DNA from: Podarcis pityusensis
Lineage: Eukaryota
Length of the DNA: 64,000 nucleotides
Assembly: GCA_964106645.2 (NCBI GenBank)
Contig: OZ067048.1
Reading direction: 5' to 3' (one strand)
Shown: piece by piece, positions 11,870-25,399 of the stretch
Layout: every line of letters starts with the position of its first letter
Numbering within the stretch: the first letter of the stretch is position 1
Translations under genes and position numbers: made by a program
The notes under the pieces: model-generated
Told to the model about the DNA's origin: nothing
The model's database searches: none
What the model saw: the letters and a program-made list of their open reading frames with translations, nothing else

Positions 11870-14691
11870 GTAGGTTTTCAAGATTTTATCCATTATGTTT
11901 AGTATCGTGGTGTGTTTTATTCTAAATTTTAATTTTGGTAAAGAGGGTTTTTCTTGTTGCTGTTGCTGCTGTTGTTGTTCCTAACCATGACTTTCCTAAA
12001 TCAGTTTGTGTAAACATAATTGTTTTGTATTAGATTGTACTTATATAGCTTGATTATCCAAAAAGGTTGTTTAACAAAGATAAAAGTATTGTAGGTGTTG
12101 ATTTTCTACCCCACAGGAAAAGTACATGTTTTTATTTCAGCCTAGCTGTGGAATCGAGTTTATTATATATTTACTTGGGCATTATTTCTTAGTGTTTCTA
12201 GCTTTCATCTTTGGTGGTAACCTGCTGCATTTTTCAGAAAAATAGTAAAATACAATACTATCTGTTTTATCCAGCTAAGTATAACCAATGTGGACTTTTA
12301 ATGGGTCTAAATTAAGTCATGTCTTTTAATTTCAGTGGGTCTACACTGAGTATGACCAATATTTATTAGCTTGGTATAATGAAACAAACATGGCTCTAAA
12401 AATTCCAGGTGTAGGCTTGTCCTAAAGTTGGAATTTCACAGAAGTCACCAATCTGCCTAGATTACCTAGCTTTCGGGAAATAATAATTACATAATCATTT
12501 CCCTGTTTAATACCTTATCAACAAAGTATACTTGGATCAAAACAGATAAAAGAAAACAAATAGATTTTTTTATTTTTCAAAAAAATCATGATTTAGTAGG
12601 TTTGTGAAAATAAAACGGTATTTGGTGCTGAGAAGGCATTGCAGTAAGTGCCGTCTGGAATTCTTTGAAGAGGAAGTATGCCACTATCAAGAAGATTCTT
12701 TCACTTGTAGCCGCCTGCTGAAGCTCAGTTGACAGAAGCACACAAGGAAGAGCCTCAGATGAAGATTTAGTGCTAACTGTTTAATTCTGCATATCAACCT
12801 AGAAAGTGGAAATTAGTTTGTTTTTGTAAATATTGTACAGTATAAGCAATGATCAGCCATGTACACCTAGTTAACCATGTTCAGCTTGTTTTGCATTTCT
12901 GTTCTTGTCCAGGTTGTAGCTACTCATTTCTACGCATGGTAGTCCTTTCTCAGTTATTAATATCCTTTCCTTTAAATGTTTTTGCTCAATATTGCACACA
13001 CATGTAACTATAATTAATGCAAATTTCAGAAATATATATTTGAAGGCATCAGTGTATTATATGTCTTTATTTCTGTAAACATTAACTGAATGTAGAAGAG
13101 TGGCTAGCTTTCAATCTATGTTTGGTTGCAAAATATGGGATCTATACTTAAATAGAGCAATTACTGTATGGTCACTGATGCTGGAACTACAACTCCCATT
13201 TTAGCATTTTAAAAATGGCTACATTCACATGTCCATGGTAAGCTATGTTCCTCAGCACAAGCAGGGAGGAGCAGAGTAGGTATAATGGGCTTGTGCATGG
13301 TACACCATGGTTTCTGGCTCACTGATATGTGAATGTTGTCATTATTAAATGCAGACCTACAGTTGGGTTTATTTCTTGATTTCATTGTCACTTCAAAAAA
13401 TGAACTATTTCCTTTCACAGATGTGCCTGAGACAATAGTAACTAAGCTGTAAAACAAGCATACTTTGATAGTTAATGTAAAACTGGTTTATTTAAATAGC
13501 TCTTGATCTATAACTAATATCTGGGTCAGAGACTTTAATTTGAGCACATGAACAGCTTTCATGAAGGATGTATTAAACATTTTAGATAACTGAACAATCT
13601 AGAGGGTGGAAGTATGCATCAGGTGGTCAAAGTGGGAGAAGAGGTGTCTGAGTTTTATCTCATCCTCAGTCATTTGTTCTGTTAGAGAAGGGTAATGCCT
13701 CATTTCTCATAACTGGAGAAAGATCCTTGTTTTCACAGTGGTTATGTTGCAGCTCACTGTGGATAAATAGAACAGGAGGGGAGCAGAGACTAGAGAGAAT
13801 GATCTGATTTAGCATGCTTACTTTGCTTGTATTCAGTAAACAAAGTTAAAAACTTTGAAACTGCCAAGCTTACCTAATGCCTTCTTTGCATTTGACATTC
13901 TTTCATTGCTGTTAATGAACATGGAAAATTTTCCAACGCTTTCTTTTTCTGTAGGAAATTTTTCATTTCCCACATCGTTCGAAGGTGACTCCCAGAAAGT
14001 CTTTATGGGGGTGGGGAGGCTCACCAAAAGTTGGAGAGAGGCACCTTTTGTGAGCAGAAATTTGTGGGAGGCACCTTCACCCAATGTTCAGCAGTTACTG
14101 TCAGCTGCTTACAACACAGCTCACTGTGTTAAGGCTTTGCTGAGGGCAGGAGGGGGCATGTCCTTGAATTGAACTGTATTATTGATGTATTTGCCACTTG
14201 TTTGTACAGTATGCTTGTTATAAATAATGCCAGCGTATCTAAAGTTGCTCTGCTATAAGTTGGGAATATGCATTTTGTTAACATAACTAGCTTTTAAAAG
14301 TTGCCTTCATCTGGTTACATGCACAATCTGCTTACATATGCAAATATGAAATGGGTAATGAATGGGTGCAAATAAAACATTGTGTATTGTGCTTATGAAG
14401 AGTCATGCTGAAGTAGGCTGCTTCTGAGAGGGAGATGATCTTTTAAAGTTTTATTTTTTGCAAACAAGAGCTGTTGATTGATTTGATATTTTAATTAACA
14501 ATTTGTACTTTAAAGTTTGAATTAGGTCTTTTTGCTGATAATGCTGTGTGTTGCTAGCTGCTATAACTTTTTAAGTTTTAGAAACTATATTGTGATACCG
14601 TGTGAAAGGACAGGTGAAAGTGCTAATCAACACATGCAAATATTAATTTGTTTAGAACCTTATTCACTCACAGTGTACTCTTCATTGATAG

Positions 14692-14874
14692 GTAGCATAG
14701 ATCAGTCAGTGTTAAAGGAATTACCTCCAGAACTCCTAGCAGAAATTGAATCTACCATGCCTCTCTGTGAACGAGTGAAAATGAACAAACGTAAGCGTAG
14801 CACAGTAAATGAAAAACCAAAATACGCTGAAATCAGTTCTGATGATGACAATGACAGTGAAGTGGCTTTTGAAA
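14692..14874 (+). CDS. NIPBL: NIPBL exon 11 (SIDQSVLKELPPELL...VAFE)
   Basis: tag|GTAGC, AA|gtaagt; 183 nt. Confidence 0.97.
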
Positions 14875-15307
14875 GTAAGTAGAGTGGTGATTTCTCATTT
14901 TGATAACGGTGATATATTGTGTTAAAAATGGTTTGTGGTGTCTTCCTAATCAGTCCTGCCAGATGAGCAAGGATGAGGCCAGGGTAGTTCACATGGGGGG
15001 GGGGGGAACCAAGTAGGTACACACACTCCCAGCATTCTGTGGTCTTCATCGAGTAACACAGTGTCTGAAGTAAATCACTTCCTGATTGAGCATAGTAAGG
15101 AAACAGCTAAGTAATCTGCAGTGTCACATTTTGAGTACCTTAGATAAAAGCAAATAGGAGCTGAGACAGAATTTAGCTACTGGCTCTCCTTCACAAGTCT
15201 GGATGGTTTTCTTGTGTAGGGTACTGTAGACATATTGAGGAAACTATAGTAGGCTGTGTTGAGGTATGCTGGTGTAGTATGGCAACTCTTGGGGAGATAA
15301 CTTAGAC

Positions 15308-15443
15308 AAGGCATAGGCAAACTCGGCCCTCCAGATATTTTGGGACTACAACTCCCACCATCCCTGACCACTGGTCCTGTTAGCTTGGGATGATGGGAGT
15401 TGTAGTCCCAAAACATCTGGAGAGTTGAGTTTGCCTATGCCTG
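15308..15443. mobile_element. Palindromic hAT MITE
   Basis: Near fold-back over its whole length; perfect 8-bp TSD ACTTAGAC (15300-15307, 15444-15451). A related decayed copy lies near 47181-47298. Confidence 0.88.
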
Positions 15444-16524
15444 ACTTAGACAAAGGTCACTTAATAGGAATTCACTACAATACAGAGATAAACGCAGTCA
15501 TGGAACTCATACATGGCTCTTTTTCTTTAAACAGTAAACAAATTTGTTTTGAGAACTCATCTGTGGTGCTTCAGGAAGTTGTGTTTTATAGAAAAATTAA
15601 TCACCTTTAATGAACTAGTTGGGCTGAAAAAGATGGCTTACTATGTTTTCCTTCCCTTCCTAGAAACTGAGCAAAAAGTGAACAAAATGTAAAGAAACAC
15701 CAGAAGAAAGGTTTTATGGTTCAGTGGAAGGGTTTGAAAAATTTTGGAGTGGAAAATAATATGCACATGCCTACTTCTGGGTTCCTGTCCTACTACTTTC
15801 ATGGTGCTGCAGATACGCTTTATTTACAAGAAGATAAAATGAATAGGCCCCTAAACAAAGTGTATTGCAATTTAATTGTATTTCTAAAACAAAATTAAAA
15901 GAATTAGGGGGAAATGGAAAAGAATAATGCAGATAATGGTGTCCTTGGTCTTGAAATGAAAATCAAAGTTTTAGCTAAAAAGTATACCTTTCAGTAACTG
16001 AAGCTAGAGATACACAGTTTTATCCAGTCAAGGAACACTAATTTCAACCAATAGGCAATTAATAAAGAGTAAGAGGGAGAAAAGGCATAGGAGGGAAATT
16101 CAAACTTACATTTTGAAACTTTTCTGGAACATACTAATTTTCTTATTAAGGGAGAGGCAAAAGAAGAAAGGTTGCAGAAGTTTGATGGAATAAGAGACAT
16201 TAGGTTTATCAAGAAGAGGGTCAGATTAATGTAGAGTCCAGGCAGGAACACCAATATATATATATTTAAGGGCTCCCCTCCAACTTTTGAGAGCCTGAAA
16301 AGTGAGAATCAGACATATAAACTGAACACCTGATGAGATTTGGAGCCAGGGATGAAAATGGTAAAGAAGAGAGAGCATGTTTGTTTCAGTGAGCAAGAGG
16401 AATAATGTAAGTAAAGGAATTCTGGAACAGCATCAAGGTTTCAAAGAAGTGGCCGGCACACAAGTCAGTTCTGCATGCACATCTGGGATGTTGCTGCTTA
16501 ATTAAAAAAAAACTAGCACTACCA

Positions 16525-16559
16525 CAAACAAACAAACAAACAAACAAACAAACAAACAA
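16525..16559 (+). repeat. (AAAC)n microsatellite
   Basis: Direct reading. Confidence 0.9.
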
Positions 16560-16967
16560 TCCACACCTCAGCCTATATATTTAGCAGTGGGAATTTCTGA
16601 AGTGAAAACAGCAAATGAAAGTCAGACATCAACCATAAGAATAGCTTATACAGATCTTGACCCAAAAATCCAAGGTGAGATGGAGCCCAGGTAAGCACAG
16701 CAATACCTTAGACAAGAAATAAAAGGCTGAACAAGCTTTTGGGAGCAGAAACAGGAAAGGATGGGCTTCCGTGTTTCTATATATTGAATACTGTGCTTGA
16801 AAACTTTCAGTAGAATTCAGCAACTTGAGCTTTATCAGTTTGTCCTCCATGATTACTACTGCACCAAGAAAGAAGTGAAAACATGCTTGTGAATTGCTCC
16901 TAGCTGGAAGATAAGTTGAGTTTCTTTAAACTGGACTTTGCATTCATAACAGTGTGTTAATTTCTAG

Positions 16968-17171
16968 CTTCTCGGAAAAGGCATAAAAAGGATAGAGAGG
17001 ATGATAAAGCTTGGCAATATGAAGAACATGACAGACGAGCTTCTGGAGAACATAAAAGGAGTAGCCACTATCATGAAGGAAGGAGGAGCTCTGGTAGCAG
17101 TCGATATCGCAATCGTAGTCCAGAAGACTCGGATGTAGATGATTATTCTCCCCCTCCTAGCCTCAGTGAGG
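16968..17171 (+). CDS. NIPBL: NIPBL exon 12 (SRKRHKKD...YSPPPSLSE)
   Basis: tag|CTTCT, GG|gtaatt; 204 nt; not in the ORF track, translated by hand. Confidence 0.96.
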
Positions 17172-17990
17172 GTAATTATCACACCGCTGTTAAACTTGCT
17201 CTCACATTAGTGATAATTTTTTCCTAAGGCTTAATTTTTTAAAAAAGTATTCTTAAGAACCTGACTTACTGACAGATAGTTTTAAAGTTGTATTGGTCAT
17301 ATTGAATGTCATGATAAACCATACTTTTTAGTGACAGGAAGAAGCCTAGTCTCCCCTGGCTTGTATTCCCCTTCTACTCCAGTATGTCTCCAAGGAGAAG
17401 TGTGGAAGTTTTTGAGAGTGATTAAATGTGACACAGCTACCTGAACCTAAGAATTACTGCACTCACACGATGAAATCTTGGCTTAATAAGCCACGGTAAT
17501 ACATGAGTTGCATGCACCTACACATAGCCCCTGTGTCACTTCTCCTTTTATGTAGGCAACAAAACAAACTAGGAAGCTGCAATTGCCCATAGCTTTCCAT
17601 TCATGTGAACCAGGAACTATGGTTAATGACTTTGAAAAAAGTCAGGATTTGGAAGTCAAACATGGTTTGAATTTGAATTGTGATCCTGGCTTGCTTGGAA
17701 GCTGTTAACCTTGGCTGTGAAGCTAGTTTATTTCAACAACCCATAACTAAGATTAACCTCAGTTTAGGGTTTGGACATAATGCTAAGCTTCAGGTAACTG
17801 AAAGCAGAAGCAAAAGTTTCCTGTCTCCTCTCACAGCCATACAGCAGGAGGAGAGGAGAGCATATGAGCCAGGGAGGAGGCTGGGCTCATTCCCATCTCC
17901 ATAAACCATGATTATAGTGATGTCTGAACACAATATTTGCATTACCATATAAGAAAGCATTTATGGAAATGTTCCATTTTATATTTTAAG

Positions 17991-18062
17991 TGGCTAGAAA
18001 AATGAAGAAAAGAGAGAAACAAAAGAAGAGGAAAGCTTATGAACCAAAGCTAACACCAGAAG
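17991..18062 (+). CDS. NIPBL: NIPBL exon 13 (ARKMKKREKQKKRKAYEPKLTPE)
   Basis: aag|TGGCT, AAG|gtaagg; 72 nt. Confidence 0.96.
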
Positions 18063-18167
18063 GTAAGGTTGCTGCTGCCGTTGTTTCCTACCTTTAATGT
18101 CTTTGCCATTGTTAGTTGCCATTAATTGATCATGCCTCAAATATACTATACTTCATATTTTTATTAG

Positions 18168-18257
18168 AAATGATGGATTCGTCTACCTTCAAGAGGTTCA
18201 GCGCTTCAGTAGAAAATATTTTGGACAATTTGGAAGACATGGATTACACTGCGTTTG
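18168..18257 (+). CDS. NIPBL: NIPBL exon 14 (MMDSSTFKRF...DYTAF)
   Basis: tag|AAATG, TG|gtaaat; 90 nt. Confidence 0.96.
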
Positions 18258-19526
18258 GTAAATAACCCTTTTCCTATCAAATGATACATAGATGGCTATA
18301 TATATTGGCCTTTTTTGACTGACAAATTTAGTGGACTTGAACATTATTTTCCTAAAACTCCCCCTCCCCATGGCACTGCTTGAGAATTCAAGAAAGAATA
18401 GTCATTGTAACCAGCACAAAAATTCCTGTTTAGACAGGGTGGAATGATTGTGTTGCTTAGACTTTTGTTCTGAAATTCAGGGGTTTTTTTACCCAGCTTT
18501 TGCCAGGGATCTCTAACTGCTGTACTTGCAGACATTGGCTATGTTTACACATCATTTACACCTTAATTGTTTTATGCAATTGAGCAGTGTACTGGTGGAG
18601 TCACCACTTCACTCCTCCTGCTTTCTTGGCTGCACCAGGAGCAGCTTGTTGTGTCATCTAGACTCAGGCTTGTGGTTTGCTTCTCACTAAATAAACCATG
18701 AATAGTAGCTAAGTCATCTTCTGTGTACCACTTGTGTTTCGTTGGGGGGAAACAAAATGTGAGCCAAGGTTTGCTTGACAACATGCCAATGCTTATGATT
18801 TGTTTCCAGCATTCAAGTCACACAGAAGGATCAAAGCCAAGACTTTTGAGCAGCATGCACAAGCACAATTCTCATTCATATTAAACCATGGAATGGCATA
18901 GGGGGTCCCCCTGGATCATGAACTTTAGAACCCTGCTCAAAACTTTAGAACCCTGCTCAGAATAGCTTCAGTTTCTGTCATCACAAAAATTTAAAGTTCA
19001 TAACTTCTCAATTCTTCTGCAATGTTTCAGTGGACCATTGAAATGGATCTGATCTATGGAGCAGTTTGAGAAACTCTGAGCTAGGTTTTGAGAGACAATC
19101 TTCTAGCCTATACTTCTGAAGTTGAGAGGGATGGAGAAATTAGTTGGGCTCACATTCTTCATAATCCCATCTCCCAAACTGATACATGAACTGTGATGCA
19201 TTTCTGCAACAAAAATATGCTTATAAAAAAGCATATATTTGGGGAGAGTGTACACAAAAATGCGTATATTAGGCAAAATTGCAAAGGAAAAGTATATATT
19301 AGGTGAAATGCACATGAAAATGCACACAAATTATTAGTGGACTTTAAAAGTAATGCAAACTGATACACAACTAAGGTGAACTGAAGACTGGAAAAATAAG
19401 GAACAAAGATAAAATAAAAACAGCAGCTCTAACTTTCTTGAGATATTGATGACTATCTTTAAAATGGCTCTGTCATGCTGCTGCAATGAAAAGAAAAATG
19501 AAATCTTTCAATTTCTTCTTCTTTAG

Positions 19527-19630
19527 GTGATGATGATGAAATTCCTCAGGAGTTTTTATTGGGAAAGCATCAACTTAGTGAATTGGGCAGTGAATCTGCT
19601 AAAATTAAGGCAATGGGCATTATGGACAGG
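19527..19630 (+). CDS. NIPBL: NIPBL exon 15 (DDDEIPQE...MGIMDR)
   Basis: tag|GTGAT, AGG|gtaagt; 104 nt. Confidence 0.96.
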
Positions 19631-20272
19631 GTAAGTTATTGCTGCCTTAAAAATGAAGAATGCAGCAGATTTTTGTTCACAGAGGGATTCTTCAACAAAT
19701 ATTTTTCATCTGGAAGAGATGTTATCTGAGAGCTCTTTTAATCTCCAGGGCATTTGGGACAAAACGTAAAAGACAAGTGTCTGCTGTCAGTTAAATACAG
19801 AGACATTTGTTATTTGTTTTGGTAACTCACAACTTATTCAGCTTTATGCTCTTGGCAAATTAAGAAATTAAAATAAATTTAAAAGATGGAAAAAATGGGG
19901 TGAGCATCCCAGGAAACCCCGTTTGGGAAGACCACCCACTCAAGAACCCCATGGGTTTTGACGATACATTATTTTGGCTTTAGGCGCTATCTGGACCGTA
20001 ATCCCAATGTAACTTGAGAGTTGCCTGCAGTCTAGTCTGAGCTCTGTCTGGGCACTAGGAGACAGTCCCCGCCCTCCAAATCCTAACCTTGAGCTGAACT
20101 AGGATCTACTTCCAATTTTATTTGGAGCCATTACTTTTTTAATTGGCAAGTGAAAGGAAGGATACACAATTTGAGGATGAAAGACACTACTCTGTTTATA
20201 AGTCCAAGTGGTGGACATAGAGATTATCATATACATGAAGGATAATTGGTAGATGAAATGTTCTGTTTTTAG

Positions 20273-20359
20273 CTTTCAACAGAAAAAACGGTGAAAGTCC
20301 TGAACATATTGGAGAAGAATATTCAAGATGGTTCAAAGCTTTCTACTCTTCTTAACCAT
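20273..20359 (+). CDS. NIPBL: NIPBL exon 16 (LSTEKTVKVL...STLLNH)
   Basis: tag|CTT, CAT|gtaagt; 87 nt. Confidence 0.96.
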
Positions 20360-21578
20360 GTAAGTTGCTAAATGATGCTAGTATCATTGTATTTATTTTA
20401 TACATTAATTGAGAGGCTAGAAATAGCCTCTCCAGCTCTCCTTCTGAACTGGAGACTGCACTTGAGGAATCCTAATAAGGCTGGTTCAGATGGCATGGAG
20501 TATACTGTGACATTGCTAGCAACCTCAGCTGAGAATGTCACATAGAGAAAATAGTATCTAATCTAAGTAACATACTAGGAAGTCATTTCTACAGAGAGCC
20601 TCTTTAGATTGAAATAGAGGTTCTACTAGTCTAGGTATGCACAACTCGAATAACCACAAAGGATTTGTTTATATTTTATCAACAGGACATCACTGATACA
20701 TTAACTGAAGACAAGCATCATGTTATAATTTTAACTAACCAGTGTTCTCTTTAGCTAATTTTTTGACCTTTCATTTCTCCATGTCCCATACTGCTGTTTA
20801 TTATCTCTCTCCAAGTAGAGACTTTTCTCTTTCCTTATACCACCATAGACCTGCATTCTCCTCTCTAGCCTCCCCACTTTCTGCTCCCATTTCCAAATAC
20901 CTTTGTATCCCATTTGTTACCTTTCTGTTCTCCCTGCAGTCTATATACTTTTCTGTATTCCCTCTGTACCCGATGTATTACTCCCCCCCCAACTTTCTCT
21001 TCCCATTACCTAGGCTTCTGTGCATCCCATTTTGTTACATTTTTCTGCCTCACATCTGTTTCCTTCCCTGTCTCCCCACCCCCCCGCCCCCATTCCATTT
21101 CCTTCTCCCTGACCTCTTCTACTCTTCCTTCTTAATGTTGGTGGCTGCAGTGCAAAAGGGTTTCGCTCACTTAGCAATGCACACACTGAGGAAATCACAG
21201 ATGCTAACCAAGGCTATTTGTATTTACTCTAGCAGAAGACTGTGGCTACCTTTCTTGAATTTGACACTGAAAGTATAAAGTCTAAATATGCATCTGTGGA
21301 AAACAGGAATTCTGGACCTCTCAAGCCTAGAGTTGGCACATGCCTGCCCTCTAGTGTCCAATTTTTATTTTGAAATGTAAACTCACCTGAAGGCTTGGGA
21401 TGGACAATTTACATACATGCATATTGCTCTATATTTCTCAATCAGTGATATGTCTGCATGTTTTTTGTTCTCAAAGGCTGTTTTCCATTATTGTAACTGA
21501 CTTCTTAACTGACTTCTGTGACTGACTTGTGTCAAGATCTACATTCTATTTTTTCTCTTTCTGTTGGTTTGCCTAGAG

Positions 21579-21764
21579 CAGGCGTAGTCAACCTTTTTAT
21601 ACCTACTGGCCACTAATGCATCTTTCTTGATGGTAAAATTTCCTTACCACCCACCAGTTCTCAATGGAAGGAGGATTCAGCTTGTGCCGTAGAACCCCCT
21701 ACCGCCCACCTAGAATCCTGAAACGCCCACTTGTGGGCGTTAGAGACCATGTTGACAACCCCTG
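21579..21764. mobile_element. Non-autonomous hAT MITE
   Basis: TIRs CAGGCGTAGTCAAC / GTTGACAACCCCTG; TSD GCCTAGAG/GCCTAAAG. Confidence 0.85.
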
Positions 21765-22486
21765 GCCTAAAGGAATACTGTAGCAAAGGGTTGTGACCAC
21801 TATATAATGCCTTATCCACATCATGCTAGATTCCACAGAATTAGACTTTAGAGTGACTTGTTTACCTTCCACTTTGAGAGGGAGGTAATGCTCTTACTTC
21901 CCTGTTACTGGAAATAGCTGAATGCACTTGCATTGGAAATTCAGATTCCTTACTTGGAACAGGAGCTCTTCCAGAGTGACTTTTCTCTGTTTTTGTGTTG
22001 ATCCTTCCTTCCTGACATGGTTTCCTACTTGGTTAACAGAAGATGGAAAAGAGTAAAAATTTTTTTATCAGAAATGATGTTCTATAAGAGTTTATCTTAA
22101 TGGATGAAGAAATACTGAGTAAGGCTCCAATACTGCCATGAATAGTGTGAGCCTCACTCACTGTTGTCATTCTGCAGGGTCATTTTGGGTGAGGCTTACT
22201 AACCAGAAAAAAGCCCTGGCTGATTAGACGCAAGAGCACAGCTGGTGAAAAATTTGGCAACTGTACTTCAGGAAGGGTTTTTCTGAGATTGTAGCATTGT
22301 GCAATATATCACAGAGATTCCTGGTTTGTATTTGGCTTTTGGGAGGTTTTAAAATATCAGTAATCACTAAACTTTTTCATATTGATATATGAGCTATTGC
22401 TGCGTAAACTTTGCTCACATTTATTGTCTCTGATTGCTTTTTAAAAATGTTTTCTTTTAAACTTAGCACTCTGAATTTTTCTGCAG

Positions 22487-22718
22487 AATAACGACACTGA
22501 AGATGAGGAAAGATTATGGAGAGACTTGATCATGGAGAGAGTCACAAAATCTGCAGATGCCTGTCTTACAGCTATCAACATCATGACATCACCCAACATG
22601 CCCAAAGCTGTATATATTGAAGATGTAATAGAAAGAGTTATTCAGTACACTAAATTTCACTTACAGAACACACTTTATCCTCAGTATGATCCTGTTTACC
22701 GATTGGACCCTCATGGTG
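22487..22718 (+). CDS. NIPBL: NIPBL exon 17 (NNDTEDEERLW...RLDPHG)
   Basis: cag|AAT, TG|gttagt; 232 nt. Confidence 0.97.
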
Positions 22719-23236
22719 GTTAGTATAACAGATATATTTCTTGCTTTTGAAATCATACTATTGTAGAGAATATATATGCAGATCCAAAATCATCATCACC
22801 ATCTCCTCCCTCCTCCTCCTCCTCCTCCTCCTCCTCCTTTATACTCTGCCCATCTGGCTGGGTTTCCCCAACCACTCTAATGTAAAGTAAGCCCTTTTCA
22901 GCTTTACTTAGATATATATTTTGTGTAAAGTATTGATATCCCGCCTTTCTATTCCACCACTGGTGTGCCCAGAGTGTCTGCCAACAACAAATTTAAAAAT
23001 ATAGAGAGAGATCTGAGAGGGCTGGGGAGGCTAAAATAAATTTAACACTGCCAAGTATATGTGGTGTAATGGAAAAAAGGGAACTGTTGATATTCTGGTC
23101 CCTGATTGTTTGGAGTATTAAAAGTCACTATAAATACCTTGAATTGAGACTGGCAACAAGTGAAGCTCAGACAAGTGTAAAACAATTTGATTGACTACCT
23201 GGCAGCTCATTTTGGAGCAATTGAAAGGACAGCCCC

Positions 23237-23500
23237 ATAAGAACATATGAATGGCCTTGCTGGAACAGACCAGTGGTTCATCTCGTCCAGCATCCTGTGC
23301 TCAAAGTTACCAATCAGATTGCCCATGGGAAGCCCACAAGCAGAATCTGAACACAATACCACTATCTCCTCCTGTGGTTTCCAGCAACTGGTATTGAGAA
23401 GCCTATTGCTTCCAACTGCGTGGACATTGCAGCTAGCAGACATTGATAGCTGCTAGCTGATCTAGTGATATATAGCTGCTGATAGACCCATGCAAAGCAC
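23237..23500 (-). mobile_element. CR1-like LINE 3' fragment
   Basis: cataagaaca...gaccagtggttcatctcgtccagcatcctg resembles the reverse complement of a reptile CR1 3' end; recalled similarity, ends approximate. Confidence 0.55.
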
Positions 23501-23836
23501 ATCACAGCGGTCTATTTTCCTTTTCATTATGTTCTTCTTGTATTTTTCAAAATATTGGCTTGTGCTTTAGAGGGTTCCCATTGCTATCTGTGCCAGCTGC
23601 AACTTAAAGTATAAGTTGCATTTTCCCTGAAAATTTTGACTATGGGAAAATCCTGTCGGGATCTGAATAGTCTGAAATTATTTGGTGTCCTGTCATAATT
23701 GATTTGAGTAAATTTAATTTGCATACTTAATGGTGTAAAAGCTTCGTTAAGTGTTCCCTTCAGAAGGTCTCTCTCCTCTCATACATACAATACATACAAT
23801 CAACTTGATTTATTATAGTCAACTTGGTTGACTATA

Positions 23837-24051
23837 CAGTGGTACCTCTGGTTACAAACTTAATTCGTTCCGGAGGTCAGTTCTTAACCTGAAACCATTC
23901 TTAACCTGAGGTACCACTTTAGCTAATGGGGCCTCCCGCTGCCGACACGTGATATCTGTTCTCATCCTAGGGCAAAGTTCTTAACCCAAGGTACTGCTTC
24001 TGAGTTAGCGGAGTTTGTAACCCAAGGTGTTTGTAACCCGAGATACCACTG
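23837..24051. mobile_element. Tc1/mariner-type (Tigger/pogo-like) MITE
   Basis: TA TSD; TIRs CAGTGGTACCTC / GAGATACCACTG. Confidence 0.88.
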
Positions 24052-24168
24052 TATTTCATCTCGGGAGATAAGAGAAATATATGAGCTTGGTGAGGAGAAG
24101 TTTTATATCTAATATGGTTGCATTGTGCTAAATTTCTAAAAAATGTGTCTTGTTTTAAAATTTACTAG

Positions 24169-24320
24169 GTGGTGTATTAAGCTCAAAAGCAAAGCGTGCC
24201 AAGTGTTCTACCCATAAGCAAAGAGTAATCGTGATGTTATACAACAAAATTTGTGATATTGTTAGCAGTTTGGCTGAACTGTTGGAGATACAGCTTCTTA
24301 CTGACACCACTATTCTTCAG
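24169..24320 (+). CDS. NIPBL: NIPBL exon 18 (GVLSSKAKRAK...TDTTILQ)
   Basis: tag|GTGGT, CAG|gtaggt; 152 nt. Confidence 0.96.
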
Positions 24321-24753
24321 GTAGGTTTGATCCATTTTATCTAGATTTCTCTTCCCCTTCTGCACACACACACAGGTCTAAAGTTCTTCTCCAGTGGATA
24401 TTTTTTTTCTTTTACAAGCAGTAATAATGAAACTTCTTAAATTTAAGCTACTAGATTTTAAAAATTATTTTATAAGGCAACTTGGACAGTCAGTTATGAA
24501 TATATATGATATGGAAAATATATGCATCTTTGAAGAACAATAACTACAAAATACCCAAGGAAAACAAAGGTGTTTTTCTGCTTAAATCTGAGGTGCTTTT
24601 CATCCCTGTTGTATGCTACTGCGACTAGTATGGGAATTGGAGAACACAATTAAAAAGACGATGATCAGAGGTCTTTTTCTGTTGAAAAGATTTTGTTTTC
24701 ATTTTATCAAGTATTATGAGAATTTATGTATATATTTCCTTTTCTGTTAATAG

Positions 24754-24834
24754 GTTTCTTCAATGGGGATAACACCTTTTTTTGTAGAAAATGTCAGTGA
24801 ACTTCAGTTATGCGCCATCAAACTTGTCACTGCA
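24754..24834 (+). CDS. NIPBL: NIPBL exon 19 (VSSMGITPFF...IKLVTA)
   Basis: tag|GTT, GCA|gtaagc; 81 nt. Confidence 0.96.
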
Positions 24835-25399
24835 GTAAGCACATCTTTTAACCAATATTTAATTGTAAATAAATGAATGACTTCTGGTGGTGCTGGTGGT
24901 TTTTTAAGGAACTTTTGTGGGGGGTGGCATTCATGAATTACTTAATCTGGTCCTGGTCATGCCCTCACTTCTAACTGCCTGGCAACAGGTTCTTTTCACC
25001 ACTGAACTGCTTCCCACTAAGCTTTGCCCGATAAGCCAGATTGCAGCTGGTTTGTGAGAAAAGTATAAGAACACCACCACCACCACCACTGATCTTTCAC
25101 ACCATTATTTACCTTAATTGTTAGAAGCAAGGATATGCTGGCAGGAGCACTGCCGATCAAACAAATCTATTACTGTACTTTGATAGTAGGAAAGGGTTAA
25201 GGAATTATGTTACTGAGACCATGTCTGATGTGTCTATGATGGGACACTAACTTGATTTGGGACATGCTGAGAGTAGCTGAAAACCTACAAGGAGATATCC
25301 CTGAGAGAGAAATCTCATGGCTATAGCAAATGCAGATTGGGCTGATTTTTAATTTCTTTTGAAGCAATGTAGATTAGGATAGCAGCTTTAAAGCAGCTA

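Noticed and set aside
20742-21278. 178-aa ORF in intron 16
   Set aside because: Pyrimidine-rich low-complexity DNA lacks stops by composition; no recognisable protein, and exons 16 and 17 already join in frame.
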